Positions 28,284 to 39,145 of a DNA stretch of 64,000 bases are shown piece after piece (positions within the stretch are counted from its first letter, which is position 1; each line of letters begins with the position of its first letter). Under the pieces are notes generated by a model. It was not told the DNA's origin, made no database searches, and saw only the letters and a program-made list of their open reading frames with translations. This DNA is from Candidatus Latescibacterota bacterium (GTDB lineage: Bacteria; Latescibacterota; UBA2968; UBA8231). Position numbers and translations under genes: made by a program. Location of the stretch: contig CBDFJF010000001.1 in assembly GCA_965248265.1 (NCBI GenBank), forward strand, positions 608,001-672,000, read 5' to 3'.

Positions 28284-31028
28284 TCAGGACTGTTGTCCCT
28301 GGATCAGCTCAGCGGCCTCACGCACTACGATATGTCGATCCTCTGCCAGGCGCCGGACGTGGTCTCCGTATCTGTGTGCAGAATCGCTGCAAAGACTGAA
28401 GGTGGCGCATGCCCGCAGCCATGGATCGCGATCGGACAACAGGAACTCGAGAGCCTCGTCCACGTCCGAGAAACGGTTCCCGAATGTGCGTTGCCCGTGA
28501 CTGATGGCGGCTGCGAGTGAAGTCATTTCCAGTAGAGGCATCAGCAGCTCCTTGGTTCCGCGGTCGAGGACATTCTCCAGGAATTCGAGGGCGCTGGCCC
28601 GTGTCGATCGCTCGCCACTGACGAATCCCATGTACGCGTTGAGCATGTCCTTGGGCGGATGCCGCAAAGCGAGCAGGCGAAATATGCGCTCGACCTGTTG
28701 GTCTCGCTTCTCTCCAAGCGATCTGGTCAACAGGCGCACAGGGGGACCGTCGGCGATGCCTTCGTACAGGTGCAATATCTGTAGTTGATCGGAATAGGTC
28801 TTCGCAGAATGCCGCAGTGCGGCGTCCACTTCACCTGCGGCAAACTCCAGGCGCGTACTCTTGTTGCGCAATTTATTGAGAGACTTGATGATACCGTACT
28901 GCAGTTGCGGCTCTACACGCTCGAGTTGCTCCAACAGGACATCGACCGTTTCCTGCTCGACGATCTCCGCCAGCACCCGTGCCGCACGCATGCGCCTGGG
29001 CGTATCGAGTTCAACAGCGGCCAGGCGCTCTCGCAGAACCGGGAGCACCTGGGTGCCGAAGCGCGCCAACGCCTCCCTGGCCGCGCGGCGAAACCTGCGG
29101 TCATCCAGCCGATCCAGCAGCCATGAAACATGCTGAGGATCCCTGAGCTCACCGAGACTCTGGATCGTCTCCAGAACGACGGGAGGATCCGGCATTTCCA
29201 TCAGCTGGCGAATCGTCTCCTGCAGGTAGGGACGGTCGCTGTCGACGAGCGTGCCGACGAGTCGTGCCGCCTGCACCCGGACCTGGGTACCACCCTCGGC
29301 ATCGGCGAACAGTTGTCGAATGAAGGACTCGTCGATCAGATCGTGCTCTTCGTCGGTGCCGTAACCGGCTATGCAGCCGACCGCCGCCTGTCTCATGCGC
29401 AGATCGGAGTGAACCAACGCGGCATGCAGGCGCTCACTGCGATCCCCTTCTCCGTGCAGACACATACAGTAGAGGGCCTCCACCCGCACCTGGAGATCCT
29501 CGTCCAGTTGCAGAGCCTCGATTTGCGCCAGCGGCAGGGCTGCCGATTCCTGATTCTGCAGGACCTCGATTGCCCGCCTGCGCACCTCGGCGGACGGATG
29601 GCCCAGCAGCGCGCTGACCGGGTCGACCAACGGTGCCGCGACAACTCCCGAAAGCATGTCCAGCCCGTAGACAAGACGTCGTTCGTTCGGACTCTCCAGC
29701 AGCTTGACGATACTCTCCATGGCGGCCGCTTCGGTGATATCGACCGTGTAGTCTCCGAGATCGATCTCCCGACGTTCCAGCGCCTGACGGAAAGAGTCCA
29801 CGTAGGCGCGCCGGCTGCGGGCGCTCAAGCCGAACCACAGGGCGATCAAGCCCAGGGTTAGGTAACTGAGATGTTGGTACGGCATGCCGAACAGCTTCAG
29901 AGCGATCAGCACCAGCACGGCGCCCGCTCCTGTAGCCAGATTGTCGACGGTGGTGTCCAGGAAAACCTTGGCGCGGCGCTTGATGTGCGCCGGTATGGGC
30001 AGGTAGAGAATCTCCGTCGCCGATTTGTGGATGGAATGGCGAAAGGCTCCATCCCCGAACTTTACCAGCACTCCGGCCAGCAGCCCGGGCACCAACAGGA
30101 TGGCGAACGAACCCAGGGCCATGCTCAAGGGCAGGAACATCAAGGCCGAGGCAACTCCCCAGCGACGCAAGACCCGTGACGTGACTACCAGCTGAAACAC
30201 GAAGGCGAAGGCGCTCAGGAAGGCGAAGAACTGTGCGAAGAAGGCGGTCTTGGCGTCGGTGCTGGGAAACGCCTCATCAACGATTTGATTGAACTGCACA
30301 TCGATGATGGCGGCGATCATGGCCACCAGAGCCGCCACCCCGCCCAACATCTGCACCAGTTCAGAGCCTTTGATGGCATCGACGATGCCGCCGCCCCGTT
30401 CCGCATCAGCCTTGGTACCGGTCTCTCGCACCCGCACCGGATAGAGGGTCAGCAGGCAGGCACCAAGCACCGCGGCGCATACCAGCAGCAGGTTCTCGGT
30501 GCCGACGATACTGACCGCCCAGCTGGTGAAGGCACCGCCGATCACGGCCCCGAGTATGCCGGAAGTACCGATCAAGCCGAACAGCCGGCGCCCTTCCCTG
30601 GCGTTGAACACGGCGTTGGCCAACAGCCAAATTAGTGAAGTAGCCAGCAAACCGTAGATGTTCACCCAGACGTAAAACAGGTAATAACTCCACGACCACT
30701 GCTGCGGCAGGATGAAACGAAAACCGATCAGGCAGACGATGAGAACGAGGTAAGTCCCCAGAACCAGGCGGTCGATGCGCAACCTGGAGGTGAAGCGGGT
30801 GAATACCAGAGCGGTGGCAGCGCCGATGGCGGCGACCAGGATCAACACGAACGGCAGCTGGTCGATGCCGAGCCGATCGAGAAACAGGGCGTTGCGCGCA
30901 GGCTTGAGGATGTAGAGCGAGGCCATCACCAGGCCGTAGGCCGTCGTCAACGGCAGGATCCGATAGACCTCTCTTCGGCGCACACCGAAGAAACGCTCCA
31001 GGAATCGTGCTATCGAAAGACCGGCCAT
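28284..31028 (-). CDS. Npt1/Npt2-type (ATP/ADP translocase-like) MFS transporter fused to HEAT repeats
   Basis: LKPARNALFL, FNAREGRRLFG, RHSIHKSATEILYLPIP, then HEAT-like repeats. Confidence 0.85.
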   Translation of the reverse strand: MAGLSIARFLERFFGVRRREVYRILPLTTAYGLVMASLYILKPARNALFLDRLGIDQLPFVLILVAAIGAATALVFTRFTSRLRIDRLVLGTYLVLIVCLIGFRFILPQQWSWSYYLFYVWVNIYGLLATSLIWLLANAVFNAREGRRLFGLIGTSGILGAVIGGAFTSWAVSIVGTENLLLVCAAVLGACLLTLYPVRVRETGTKADAERGGGIVDAIKGSELVQMLGGVAALVAMIAAIIDVQFNQIVDEAFPSTDAKTAFFAQFFAFLSAFAFVFQLVVTSRVLRRWGVASALMFLPLSMALGSFAILLVPGLLAGVLVKFGDGAFRHSIHKSATEILYLPIPAHIKRRAKVFLDTTVDNLATGAGAVLVLIALKLFGMPYQHLSYLTLGLIALWFGLSARSRRAYVDSFRQALERREIDLGDYTVDITEAAAMESIVKLLESPNERRLVYGLDMLSGVVAAPLVDPVSALLGHPSAEVRRRAIEVLQNQESAALPLAQIEALQLDEDLQVRVEALYCMCLHGEGDRSERLHAALVHSDLRMRQAAVGCIAGYGTDEEHDLIDESFIRQLFADAEGGTQVRVQAARLVGTLVDSDRPYLQETIRQLMEMPDPPVVLETIQSLGELRDPQHVSWLLDRLDDRRFRRAAREALARFGTQVLPVLRERLAAVELDTPRRMRAARVLAEIVEQETVDVLLEQLERVEPQLQYGIIKSLNKLRNKSTRLEFAAGEVDAALRHSAKTYSDQLQILHLYEGIADGPPVRLLTRSLGEKRDQQVERIFRLLALRHPPKDMLNAYMGFVSGERSTRASALEFLENVLDRGTKELLMPLLEMTSLAAAISHGQRTFGNRFSDVDEALEFLLSDRDPWLRACATFSLCSDSAHRYGDHVRRLAEDRHIVVREAAELIQGQQS

Positions 31029-31031
31029 GAC

Positions 31032-34000
31032 TTACGGATTGTACTGAAATCCCTTGAAGCGAACCCGGAAGAACAGGGAGTACAACACCGGCACGACGCC
31101 CAGGGTCAGTGCCGTCGCGAACAACAAACCGAAGATGATGGCGACCGCCATCGGTTGAAACATCGGCCCCCCGCCGTACCACAGCGGCAGCATGCCGCCG
31201 ATGGTCGTGCACGTCGTCAGTACGATCGGACGCAGACGGCGTTGCGCCGCCTCGATTATGGCTTGCTGGGGCTCCAGGCCGTTCACCTCAATCTCGATCT
31301 TGATACGGTCCAGCAGAACGATGGCATTGTTGATAACGATACCGCTGAGTGAGATGATTCCGAGAAAGGTCATGAACCCCATGACTGAGCGCGCGACCAG
31401 CAGACCGATGACGACGCCGATCAACCCCAGCGGGATCGCCATCAAGATAATCGCCGGCCGCCGCAATGAGTTGAACTGGCCGACGAGGAGCAGCAGTATG
31501 ATGAGCCCGGCAATCGGCATCTTCACACCGATGGACTCGTTCGCTTTCACCGAGGCCTCGTACTCGCCGCCGAACTCCCAGCGGTAGCCGAGCGGCCAGT
31601 TCGGGCTCGCCCCGTCCAGCCAGATTCCCAGTTGACTGAAAATCGCCAGCGCAGTCACCTCCCCTTCGATCGCGGATGACACCGTCACGGTCTTGAGGCG
31701 ATCGCGGCGCAGAACCTTCGACGGTTGCCAAACGACCTCGATGTCGGCGACCTGCTTGAGCGGCACCGATTGCCCCGTCAACTGCGAGAAAATGTTCAAG
31801 CTCTCCAGCTTGCCGATGTCCTTGCGATCCGCCTTGACCGATCGCAGGGTCACCGGAATCAACTCGTCCCCCTCGCGGTACTCGGTGGTCTGAAAGCCGC
31901 TCAGAACTGTCTGCAGAGACACCGCCACGTCGCGACTGGTCAAGCCTGCCCGCCGGGCCCGCGCCTGGTCGATGTTGACGACCAGCTTCTTGGTTCTTGC
32001 GCCCCAGTTGTCGCTGACATTTTTTATTCCTTGAATAGTCGCCATGTGTGCTTTGACCTGGTCGACTATGGCGAACACTGCCTGCTCATCCTCTCCGGAG
32101 ATACGCACCTCGATCGGATCCTGCACGGGCGGTCCGTTGAGCATCTTGCGTACGTCCGGGATCACATCCGGAAAATGGTCCATGCAGTAGCGCTCAATCC
32201 GCGGAATCAATTCGTCAATGACCTCGAAAGAGCTCGTATTCATCAGCAGCAGGGCGTACTCGGGACTGGCCATCTTCGGCGAATAGGTAAGGGTGTAACG
32301 CGGCGGCCCCTGGCCGATAAAGCTGGCCCAGTTGAGAACCCCTTCTGGCTGGCCCTCGCCTACCTGCAGTTCAGTCTCGACGAAACGCTCCAACGACGCC
32401 ACGACTGCTTCTGTACGCTCGATCGGCACCCCGATCGGCAGCTCGATCTCAGCCGTCATCATCGGCTGGTCCTTCTCCGGGAAGAAGATATTCGGGACGT
32501 AACCGAACCCCTGCATCGCCACCATGAAAACGGCGATGACGACGACCACGCTGATGGCGCGATGGCGCAACCCCAGCAGCAACCATGAGCGGTAACGCTG
32601 GTAACTCTTCGACTCGAAACTATCGCCCGTCTTTTGTTTCACCTTCATGAACTGAACGCATAACATCGGGATCATGGTCAGTGACAGGATCCAGGAGCAC
32701 AGCAGCGCGATGGTGACGACCTTGAACAGCGGCGCGGTGTACTCACCTACGTCTGATTCGGCCAGGTAGATCGGCAAAAAAGCCGCCGCCGTGGTCAGCG
32801 ACGCCGTCAACAGCGGCACTCGAAGCTCTGCCGCCGAGGCGATGGCAGCATCGGTCGCACTGTCACCGCGTTCCATGCCGACCATGATCGATTCGGACAT
32901 GACGATGGCGTTGTCGACGAGCAGACCCAGCGAGATGATGAGGGCGGACAGTGACATCTGATCCAACCCGATTTCGAACCAGGACATCACCAGCAGGCTC
33001 ATCACCATCGTCATCGGAATCAGCGTCGAGACCACCAGACCGGTGCGCACCCCCAGGCTGATCAGCATCACCACCATGACGATGGCCACGGCCTGTAGCA
33101 GGTTGCGGGTGAAGTCGTTCACCTTCTTGTCGACAACATCCGGCTGAAAGGCGATGACGTCGAATTCCAGCCCGATCGGGTAGCGCTGCTGCAGGCGGTC
33201 GATCGTCCCCTTCACATCCTGTCCCAGCGTGATCAGGTTTCCGCCCTCTCGCAGGGAAATGGATATCGCCAGGGCCGCGGCACCTGAGGAGCGCACCATC
33301 TGTGTCGGCGGATCGACATAGCCGCGTTCCACGCTGGCGATGTCTTCCAAGTAGAGCAGATCCGAACTGCCGGGCACACTGATGATCGTCTGCCGCAGCT
33401 CCTCGACTGATTCGAAATTCCCTGATGGCTCCAGTACGATGCGCTCGTAGCCCGTGTTCACGTCGCCGCCAGGCAGCACGATGTTCCTGTTCTCGAGCGT
33501 GTTCATTAGCTGGAAGGCTGAGACACCGAGCTCGGCCAAGCGCGCGTTATGGTATTCGACGAAAACGCGCTCTTCCTGTACGCCGTGAATCTCCACCTTG
33601 GCGGCGTCTGAGATTTTCAGTAGCTCATTGCGAACCTGGTCTGCGACTTCCTTGAGCTCGGCGTAGTCGTAGCCTTCTCCGGTCAACGTGATAATCGTCC
33701 CGAAGACGTCGCCGAACTCGTCATTGACGAAGGGGCCGATGACGTCTGCCGGCAGCTCCCTGCTGGCGCGCTCGACCTTGCGGCGCAGCGAATCCCAGAT
33801 TGGCCGCATGTGGGTTTCGCTGGCCATGATCTGCGGAAAGACCAGCGACACGCCACTGCGGGAAGTGCTGGTGACAAAATCCAGCTCCGGCATCTCCTGG
33901 ATTGTCTTTTCAAGCTTGTCGGTCACCAGCTGCTCGACGCGATCCGGACTGGCGCCCGGGAAAAACGTCATGACCTGGGCGACACGGATGATGAACCCGG

Positions 34001-34112
34001 GATCCTCCGATCGCGGCATCCCACCGTAGGCAGTCATTCCCGCCAGGGCGACAACGATCAAGCACACGAAGGTGACCCGGTTCTTCTCTATGGCTGCTCT
34101 GGTAATGTTCAT
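31032..34112 (-). CDS. RND efflux permease (AcrB family)
   Basis: 1026 aa; GLLVDNAIV, INNAIVLLD, RLRPIVLT. Confidence 0.95.
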   Translation of the reverse strand: MNITRAAIEKNRVTFVCLIVVALAGMTAYGGMPRSEDPGFIIRVAQVMTFFPGASPDRVEQLVTDKLEKTIQEMPELDFVTSTSRSGVSLVFPQIMASETHMRPIWDSLRRKVERASRELPADVIGPFVNDEFGDVFGTIITLTGEGYDYAELKEVADQVRNELLKISDAAKVEIHGVQEERVFVEYHNARLAELGVSAFQLMNTLENRNIVLPGGDVNTGYERIVLEPSGNFESVEELRQTIISVPGSSDLLYLEDIASVERGYVDPPTQMVRSSGAAALAISISLREGGNLITLGQDVKGTIDRLQQRYPIGLEFDVIAFQPDVVDKKVNDFTRNLLQAVAIVMVVMLISLGVRTGLVVSTLIPMTMVMSLLVMSWFEIGLDQMSLSALIISLGLLVDNAIVMSESIMVGMERGDSATDAAIASAAELRVPLLTASLTTAAAFLPIYLAESDVGEYTAPLFKVVTIALLCSWILSLTMIPMLCVQFMKVKQKTGDSFESKSYQRYRSWLLLGLRHRAISVVVVIAVFMVAMQGFGYVPNIFFPEKDQPMMTAEIELPIGVPIERTEAVVASLERFVETELQVGEGQPEGVLNWASFIGQGPPRYTLTYSPKMASPEYALLLMNTSSFEVIDELIPRIERYCMDHFPDVIPDVRKMLNGPPVQDPIEVRISGEDEQAVFAIVDQVKAHMATIQGIKNVSDNWGARTKKLVVNIDQARARRAGLTSRDVAVSLQTVLSGFQTTEYREGDELIPVTLRSVKADRKDIGKLESLNIFSQLTGQSVPLKQVADIEVVWQPSKVLRRDRLKTVTVSSAIEGEVTALAIFSQLGIWLDGASPNWPLGYRWEFGGEYEASVKANESIGVKMPIAGLIILLLLVGQFNSLRRPAIILMAIPLGLIGVVIGLLVARSVMGFMTFLGIISLSGIVINNAIVLLDRIKIEIEVNGLEPQQAIIEAAQRRLRPIVLTTCTTIGGMLPLWYGGGPMFQPMAVAIIFGLLFATALTLGVVPVLYSLFFRVRFKGFQYNP

Positions 34113-34123
34113 GACGGTCGCCT

Positions 34124-35224
34124 CTACTTCGGCAGCAGGCGAACCTCTTGCCCGTCCGTTATGCGGCTGACGCCGGCGGTCACAACCAGTTCGCCGTCGG
34201 CCAGGCCCTCCTGAATCTCGATCAAGCCCTCATCGCCGAGCGTACCGATGGCGACCCCTCGACGTCGCGCGTGCATGGTCCCGCCGTCATCCTCAACGAC
34301 GAACACGAAGCGCTCCCCCTGTCGATCCTCGCCGACCGCTACACTCGGAACGTAGATACGATCACGATCTCCCCTCCCACCGAAGCGAAGGTCCACCTCC
34401 GCGGCCATGCCGGGACGGCAGTCCGAATCCTCCTCGTCCATACGCACGGTCACGGGAAAGGTCGTTGCCGCGCCGGTGGACACGACACCGACCTCGGTGA
34501 CTCGAGCCCCGAAGGTCCGACCTTCTATGGCGTCGAAGCGGACGACAACTTCATCACCCTCCCTGACCTCGACTATCAGTTGCTCAGGAATAGCCACCTC
34601 CACCTCCAGGCGTCCTCCGGAGGTCAACAGCACCACCGGCTGCCCAGCACTGACGTTCTCGTTCGTTTCCACCGGCACATCGGCGATCGAACCGTCGAGC
34701 TGTGCCTTGAGTTGGGTATAGCCCAGCGTGACCCTGGCCAGCTCCGACCGCTTGGCGATGGAGTTGACGTTCTGTCGTGCCGAGATCGCGCCGGCACGAG
34801 CAGCATCGAGATCGTTTTTGGAAGCATTCCTGTTTTCGTAGAGTGACTGCACGCGGTCGTAGTTGGCCTCAGCGTTTACCGCCTGGGCCTCGGCGCTGGC
34901 CAACCCAGCTTCAGCTTCCTGCGACTGCAGGCGATAGTCTTCGTCGTCGAGCTCGGCGATCAATTGGCCCACCTTGACCTTGTCCCCAACCTCCACCAGC
35001 AGAGATTTTATCGTTCCTGGCAGTTTGAAACTCAGCCTCGACTCGACTGCGGCCCGGGCGGAACCGGAGAATGAGCGGACACGGCCGCCTCCCGTGGCAT
35101 AGACGGGCTCGGTGCGCACTGGCCTGATCTGGGGCGTCGGTGGCGCCGGCTCTTCTCCGCATCCGGTTAACAACAGCGGCATCACCGTGGCCACCGCCAC
35201 ACAGGCGGCGATCGATCGTATCAT
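34124..35224 (-). CDS. RND periplasmic adaptor (MFP) lipoprotein
   Basis: Lipobox LTGC, lipoyl-like and hairpin domains, PGMAAEV. Start set at ATG 35224. Confidence 0.9.
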   Translation of the reverse strand: MIRSIAACVAVATVMPLLLTGCGEEPAPPTPQIRPVRTEPVYATGGGRVRSFSGSARAAVESRLSFKLPGTIKSLLVEVGDKVKVGQLIAELDDEDYRLQSQEAEAGLASAEAQAVNAEANYDRVQSLYENRNASKNDLDAARAGAISARQNVNSIAKRSELARVTLGYTQLKAQLDGSIADVPVETNENVSAGQPVVLLTSGGRLEVEVAIPEQLIVEVREGDEVVVRFDAIEGRTFGARVTEVGVVSTGAATTFPVTVRMDEEDSDCRPGMAAEVDLRFGGRGDRDRIYVPSVAVGEDRQGERFVFVVEDDGGTMHARRRGVAIGTLGDEGLIEIQEGLADGELVVTAGVSRITDGQEVRLLPK

Positions 35225-35225
35225 G

Positions 35226-37598
35226 TCATTCCTCCGTCTGTTGCGCTTGGAAAGCTCGCTGAAAATGGGCATCGGCTCGGGCAAACCAGGCCTCGACTTG
35301 ATCGGCCGAAGCGAAGAAGAAGAAGGTGCCGTGCGCACGCTCGACCTCCATCAGGTCTACCAGAAAGTCGTAGACCGAATTCGCCGCACCCTCCTTGGCC
35401 ACGATCGCCGCGTTCTGCGCGTCGAGCAGATCCAGGATCGAGACTACGCCCCGTCCATAGGCATCCTTGACCAATTCCAGATTCTTTAGGGCAGCCACGG
35501 CCGCGTCGCTGGACAAGCTTATACCCGCGTAAGCAGCACCAGCGACATGGAGCGCCATGCGAATGCGTTGCTCCACGCGTTCGGCCACCGCCTGACGTTG
35601 AATCCGCAACCGCTCCAGCTCTTCACCCGCCTGGCGTGCCTGCGCGAACTTGGCACCGCCACTGTATAATGGTAGGCTGGCGTTGACCCCGAGGGTCCAG
35701 TTGGCGTCGCCACCCAACGCTGGCAGCTCGGAGCCGATCCCTTCGCGGGAGATATGGCGGGTCGCATCAGCCTGCAGCGCGACCGTCGGCACGTAGGATG
35801 CGCGCTCGGCTATCTGCAACGCCCGCTCCTGTGCCGCGATCGCCGCGTCCAGTCCCTTGAGTTCCGGAGACCACTTCAGACTCTCCTCAACCATAAAGGA
35901 GCGGAACACACCGAAGTTTCGCTTGTTGTCGATGAAGCGAATGAACCGAGGATCGTGGGTGACCAGGCTCTTGTCGGCAAGACCCGTCTCCATCGTGGCG
36001 AAGGACTCCTCCAACGGCCGGTGCAGCAGCTGGTTCAAGACAATTTCCGCAAGGTTGCGCTGAGTGTTTGCCGCTATTGCGTTATTGCGCACGATCGCCA
36101 TCTGGCTCTCCCAGCGGTAGACTTCCGCCGGGCCAGAGACGCCAATATGACGTCGAACCCGCGCCAGCTCGAGATTGGAGCGCGTCAGCTGAAGATTGTC
36201 TTTTTGTACCCGCTCGAAGGTCTTCGCCCGCAGCACATTCAGGTAGGCCGTTGCCGTCTGTTGGGCGATGTCCAGCCTCACCTGCTCCCGTTCCTGCTCA
36301 CGCGTCAGTTGCAGATTCTGCTGGATGCCGTAGTTCCCCCAGGCCGCGTCGGAGTAGATGACCTGGGACAGAGTGGTCTTGCTAGACACCGTGCGCTCGG
36401 ATTGAAACGGCCCGGCCAGACCGTCATCGACAACCGAACCGTTGGCATCGAGATCCAGTTGCGGCAGCAGTGTCGCCTTGGACTGGCGCACCTGCTCGGA
36501 GCCTGCTGCCACCGCACGCCGGCTGATCTCGAGATCCAGGTTGGTGCGAATGGCCTCTTGAACAGATGAAACCAACGTCAATTCGCGCTCCAGAAGCTTG
36601 GACTGCTCCTTGATCTGCACGGCCTCGTTGATGACGCTCCAGCTGGGATAGATGCCCATGGCGCGAGCCGTGGCCATGTTGATGGTGAGTCGGTCACTGC
36701 GCTTGAAGACGACTGGTAGAGAACCGGCGTCCTCTTCGAGCAGAATGCGGTGCAGATTGAGAGCCACACGCCGCGCCAGGCGTGACAGATCGACCTCGGC
36801 GTGCAACCCGACCATCATCCCTGCTTCGATATGACGGGTGCCGACGCTGGAAAAACTTGGAAGTCGTTTGTCGATGAGCCCCTGTACCAGTATCTCGATA
36901 TCCCCTTCTGGAAAGTGCAATGGCAGTGCCACCAATACCGCGTCAACGTTAGATGGCAGATCGGCGAGGACTCCGCTGGCCGACTTGGCCAGAACGATTT
37001 GAGCCTGCACACCAACTTCCTCGGCTGCGGCCAGGTAGTAATCTTGTAACCCGGGAATGGCAGCAGCGATGTAGTGGTTGAGGACGATGGCGACCGATTC
37101 GAACGGCACCGTATGGCGGAATTCCTTGAGATCGGATCGCGGATCGGACGGAAAGGCGACGTAGTTGAGATTGCGGACACCGCTTGTCGCGCCTTTGAGG
37201 GGTACGCCCTGCAGATCCGTGTCGAGGACGAACGGCGCGATGGCCGGCTTGGGCAATCCCCCTCGGTTGCCCAGCTCACTCGCAACCACATGAGAGCCGA
37301 TGGCGCCGGCAGCGATGACGATATGGACGTCGTCGTCATCTAACAGTTGATCAACAACTGCCCGTACCCCCTCGATGGTTGCGTCTCCCTGTACCATCTT
37401 TTCATAAGGGATCCGCACATCGAACTCGGCGCGAGTCAACTCCTCCAGCTCGGGTTGTAAGAGCTCGATGACGAGCTGACGCAGGTCCAGGTCTCCGTCC
37501 AGTGCGATGCCGATGTTGACGACCGGGCGTTCCGCACAAACAGCTGGGGCAGCTATCAGAGAGACTAACACTATCACCTGCGATATCGATCGTCTCAT
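35226..37598 (-). CDS. TolC-family outer-membrane protein with an N-terminal ABC-type substrate-binding domain
   Basis: N-terminal periplasmic-binding-like region (LTINMATARAMGI) followed by TolC repeats (LDLLDAQ). Start set at ATG 37598. Confidence 0.8.
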   Translation of the reverse strand: MRRSISQVIVLVSLIAAPAVCAERPVVNIGIALDGDLDLRQLVIELLQPELEELTRAEFDVRIPYEKMVQGDATIEGVRAVVDQLLDDDDVHIVIAAGAIGSHVVASELGNRGGLPKPAIAPFVLDTDLQGVPLKGATSGVRNLNYVAFPSDPRSDLKEFRHTVPFESVAIVLNHYIAAAIPGLQDYYLAAAEEVGVQAQIVLAKSASGVLADLPSNVDAVLVALPLHFPEGDIEILVQGLIDKRLPSFSSVGTRHIEAGMMVGLHAEVDLSRLARRVALNLHRILLEEDAGSLPVVFKRSDRLTINMATARAMGIYPSWSVINEAVQIKEQSKLLERELTLVSSVQEAIRTNLDLEISRRAVAAGSEQVRQSKATLLPQLDLDANGSVVDDGLAGPFQSERTVSSKTTLSQVIYSDAAWGNYGIQQNLQLTREQEREQVRLDIAQQTATAYLNVLRAKTFERVQKDNLQLTRSNLELARVRRHIGVSGPAEVYRWESQMAIVRNNAIAANTQRNLAEIVLNQLLHRPLEESFATMETGLADKSLVTHDPRFIRFIDNKRNFGVFRSFMVEESLKWSPELKGLDAAIAAQERALQIAERASYVPTVALQADATRHISREGIGSELPALGGDANWTLGVNASLPLYSGGAKFAQARQAGEELERLRIQRQAVAERVEQRIRMALHVAGAAYAGISLSSDAAVAALKNLELVKDAYGRGVVSILDLLDAQNAAIVAKEGAANSVYDFLVDLMEVERAHGTFFFFASADQVEAWFARADAHFQRAFQAQQTEE

Positions 37599-37600
37599 AA

Positions 37601-38326
37601 TCACCTCTGTAATGCCGGATGACCGGTCAGCGCCGCCCAAAACACGATCAACATGACCCACAACCCTACGGTCACGGCCATACCGCGCCGGTGTGGCATC
37701 CCGATCATGACGGAAAGGCCGATGCCGACGACACAGGCCTGCCACAAGTCGAACAGATCTGCATCCGAGAGAATTCGGCCTACAAATGTGTCCTGCATCT
37801 CGTCGGATAGCATGGCACCGGGACTGAGCAGCACCTGGGGTTTGTTGTATAAAAGGATTAGCAGTGCCTTGACACAGTACCCCGCAGCGGCAATGAGGGA
37901 TGCGTAGGCTTTGATGACCAGCATGTCGCGCAGTGTGACGTCACTGCGAAAAACCCAACGCGAGATCGCCAGCAGCACCAGGCTCAGAATGACCAGATAG
38001 GTAAAACCGTCAACCAGCGGCGTGGTCATCCAGCCGTGTTCCCGATGAAACTCCATCAACGCAATGCGCTGTTGCCGGACTTCAGAAGGCAGATCGGCGA
38101 CCTGCTCCTGAAAGGCGGGCAGGTTCGGATCCGTGATGATATCAAGGGTCAGCCAGTTCGTCCCTACCCACACGATGACCATCACGGCAGTAGGCAGAAA
38201 CCAGTCGTGAAACCCGGGATCGCTACGAACGGCATCGAAGGTCGTGGAGGGCGCATAGAAGACACGCTTCATGCGCTCCCACAACGGCAGATCTTCGAAG
38301 TTGGAGCTAAAAGGGACGTTTTCCAT
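37601..38326 (-). CDS. Yip1-family membrane protein
   Basis: VFYAPSTTF start, five TM segments, DLFDLW. Confidence 0.7.
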   Translation of the reverse strand: MENVPFSSNFEDLPLWERMKRVFYAPSTTFDAVRSDPGFHDWFLPTAVMVIVWVGTNWLTLDIITDPNLPAFQEQVADLPSEVRQQRIALMEFHREHGWMTTPLVDGFTYLVILSLVLLAISRWVFRSDVTLRDMLVIKAYASLIAAAGYCVKALLILLYNKPQVLLSPGAMLSDEMQDTFVGRILSDADLFDLWQACVVGIGLSVMIGMPHRRGMAVTVGLWVMLIVFWAALTGHPALQR

Positions 38327-38462
38327 AGCCCACGACAATAGCGGCTCGGGTGCCGCCGATCAAGTGGACGAGCCTGGGCTATGACTCAACTACTTGTATT
38401 GCATCGAGTTGACACATATCAGCCTGATTTTTACTTTCTCTTGCTGCCGAAAAATCGATATT

Positions 38463-38538
38463 GGCCCGTTCGTCTAGAGGCCTAGGACGCCGGCCTCTCA
38501 CGCCGGTAACACGGGTTCGAATCCCGTACGGGCTACCA
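38463..38538 (+). tRNA. tRNA-Glu (anticodon CTC)
   Basis: Acceptor GGCCCGT/ACGGGCT, anticodon arm CCGGC-CTCTCAC-GCCGG, T-loop GGTTCGAATCC, encoded CCA; 76 nt. Confidence 0.97.
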
Positions 38539-39145
38539 ACTGTTGCGACTCATCGAACTTCTGACACGGAGTATCGATGAGCGCGAGACGAATCTTGTCG
38601 GGGGTCCAAACGAGCTGGTTGACGCGGAGCCGAATTAGCTCCCGTCGCTCTTCTGGCAGGGCTTCCCGATAGAGATCATCAAAGGTCGTCAGGGACTCGG
38701 TCAATGACTGGGCACTGACGGCCTTTGCTTTTGTGGCTTGGATTTCGAAGTCAACCGCCAGAGTCTCGTCTTCGAGCTGCTCCTGCCGATCTTCGAGTTC
38801 TACAATCCGTCTGCCAACTGACTTGATCTTTCTCTTGCTGGCGATGCCATCCACGAGAGCTTCAATCTGTTCCTGGATGCTGCGACTCTGGCTCTTCAGC
38901 TCCGTTTTTCGCTTCCTCAGATTCCCAAGCAACTCGTCGGCTCCAGACATAGCCATCTGGACAATCCGTTCGATCGTGCGGTCTTGTTTGCTCAACTGGA
39001 TCAGACGCTCAGCGATGACCTGCTCCAGTGGCTCAGCAGGCAGCGGTTTCGTCTTGCAGGCTTCCGTACCACGGTGGTTCCGGTTGGTGCAAGCGTAGTA
39101 GCTGTACAGCCGCTTCTGTGGGTTGTAGCTGAACGTGGGCGTCAT
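38498..39145 (-). pseudogene. C-terminal remnant of a large serine recombinase (zinc ribbon + coiled coil)
   Basis: YYACTNRNHRGTEAC zinc-ribbon half, coiled coil, EERRELIRLRVNQL; the C-terminus reads through the tRNA 3' half. An in-frame stop lies just upstream of the start and no catalytic domain is visible. Confidence 0.8.
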
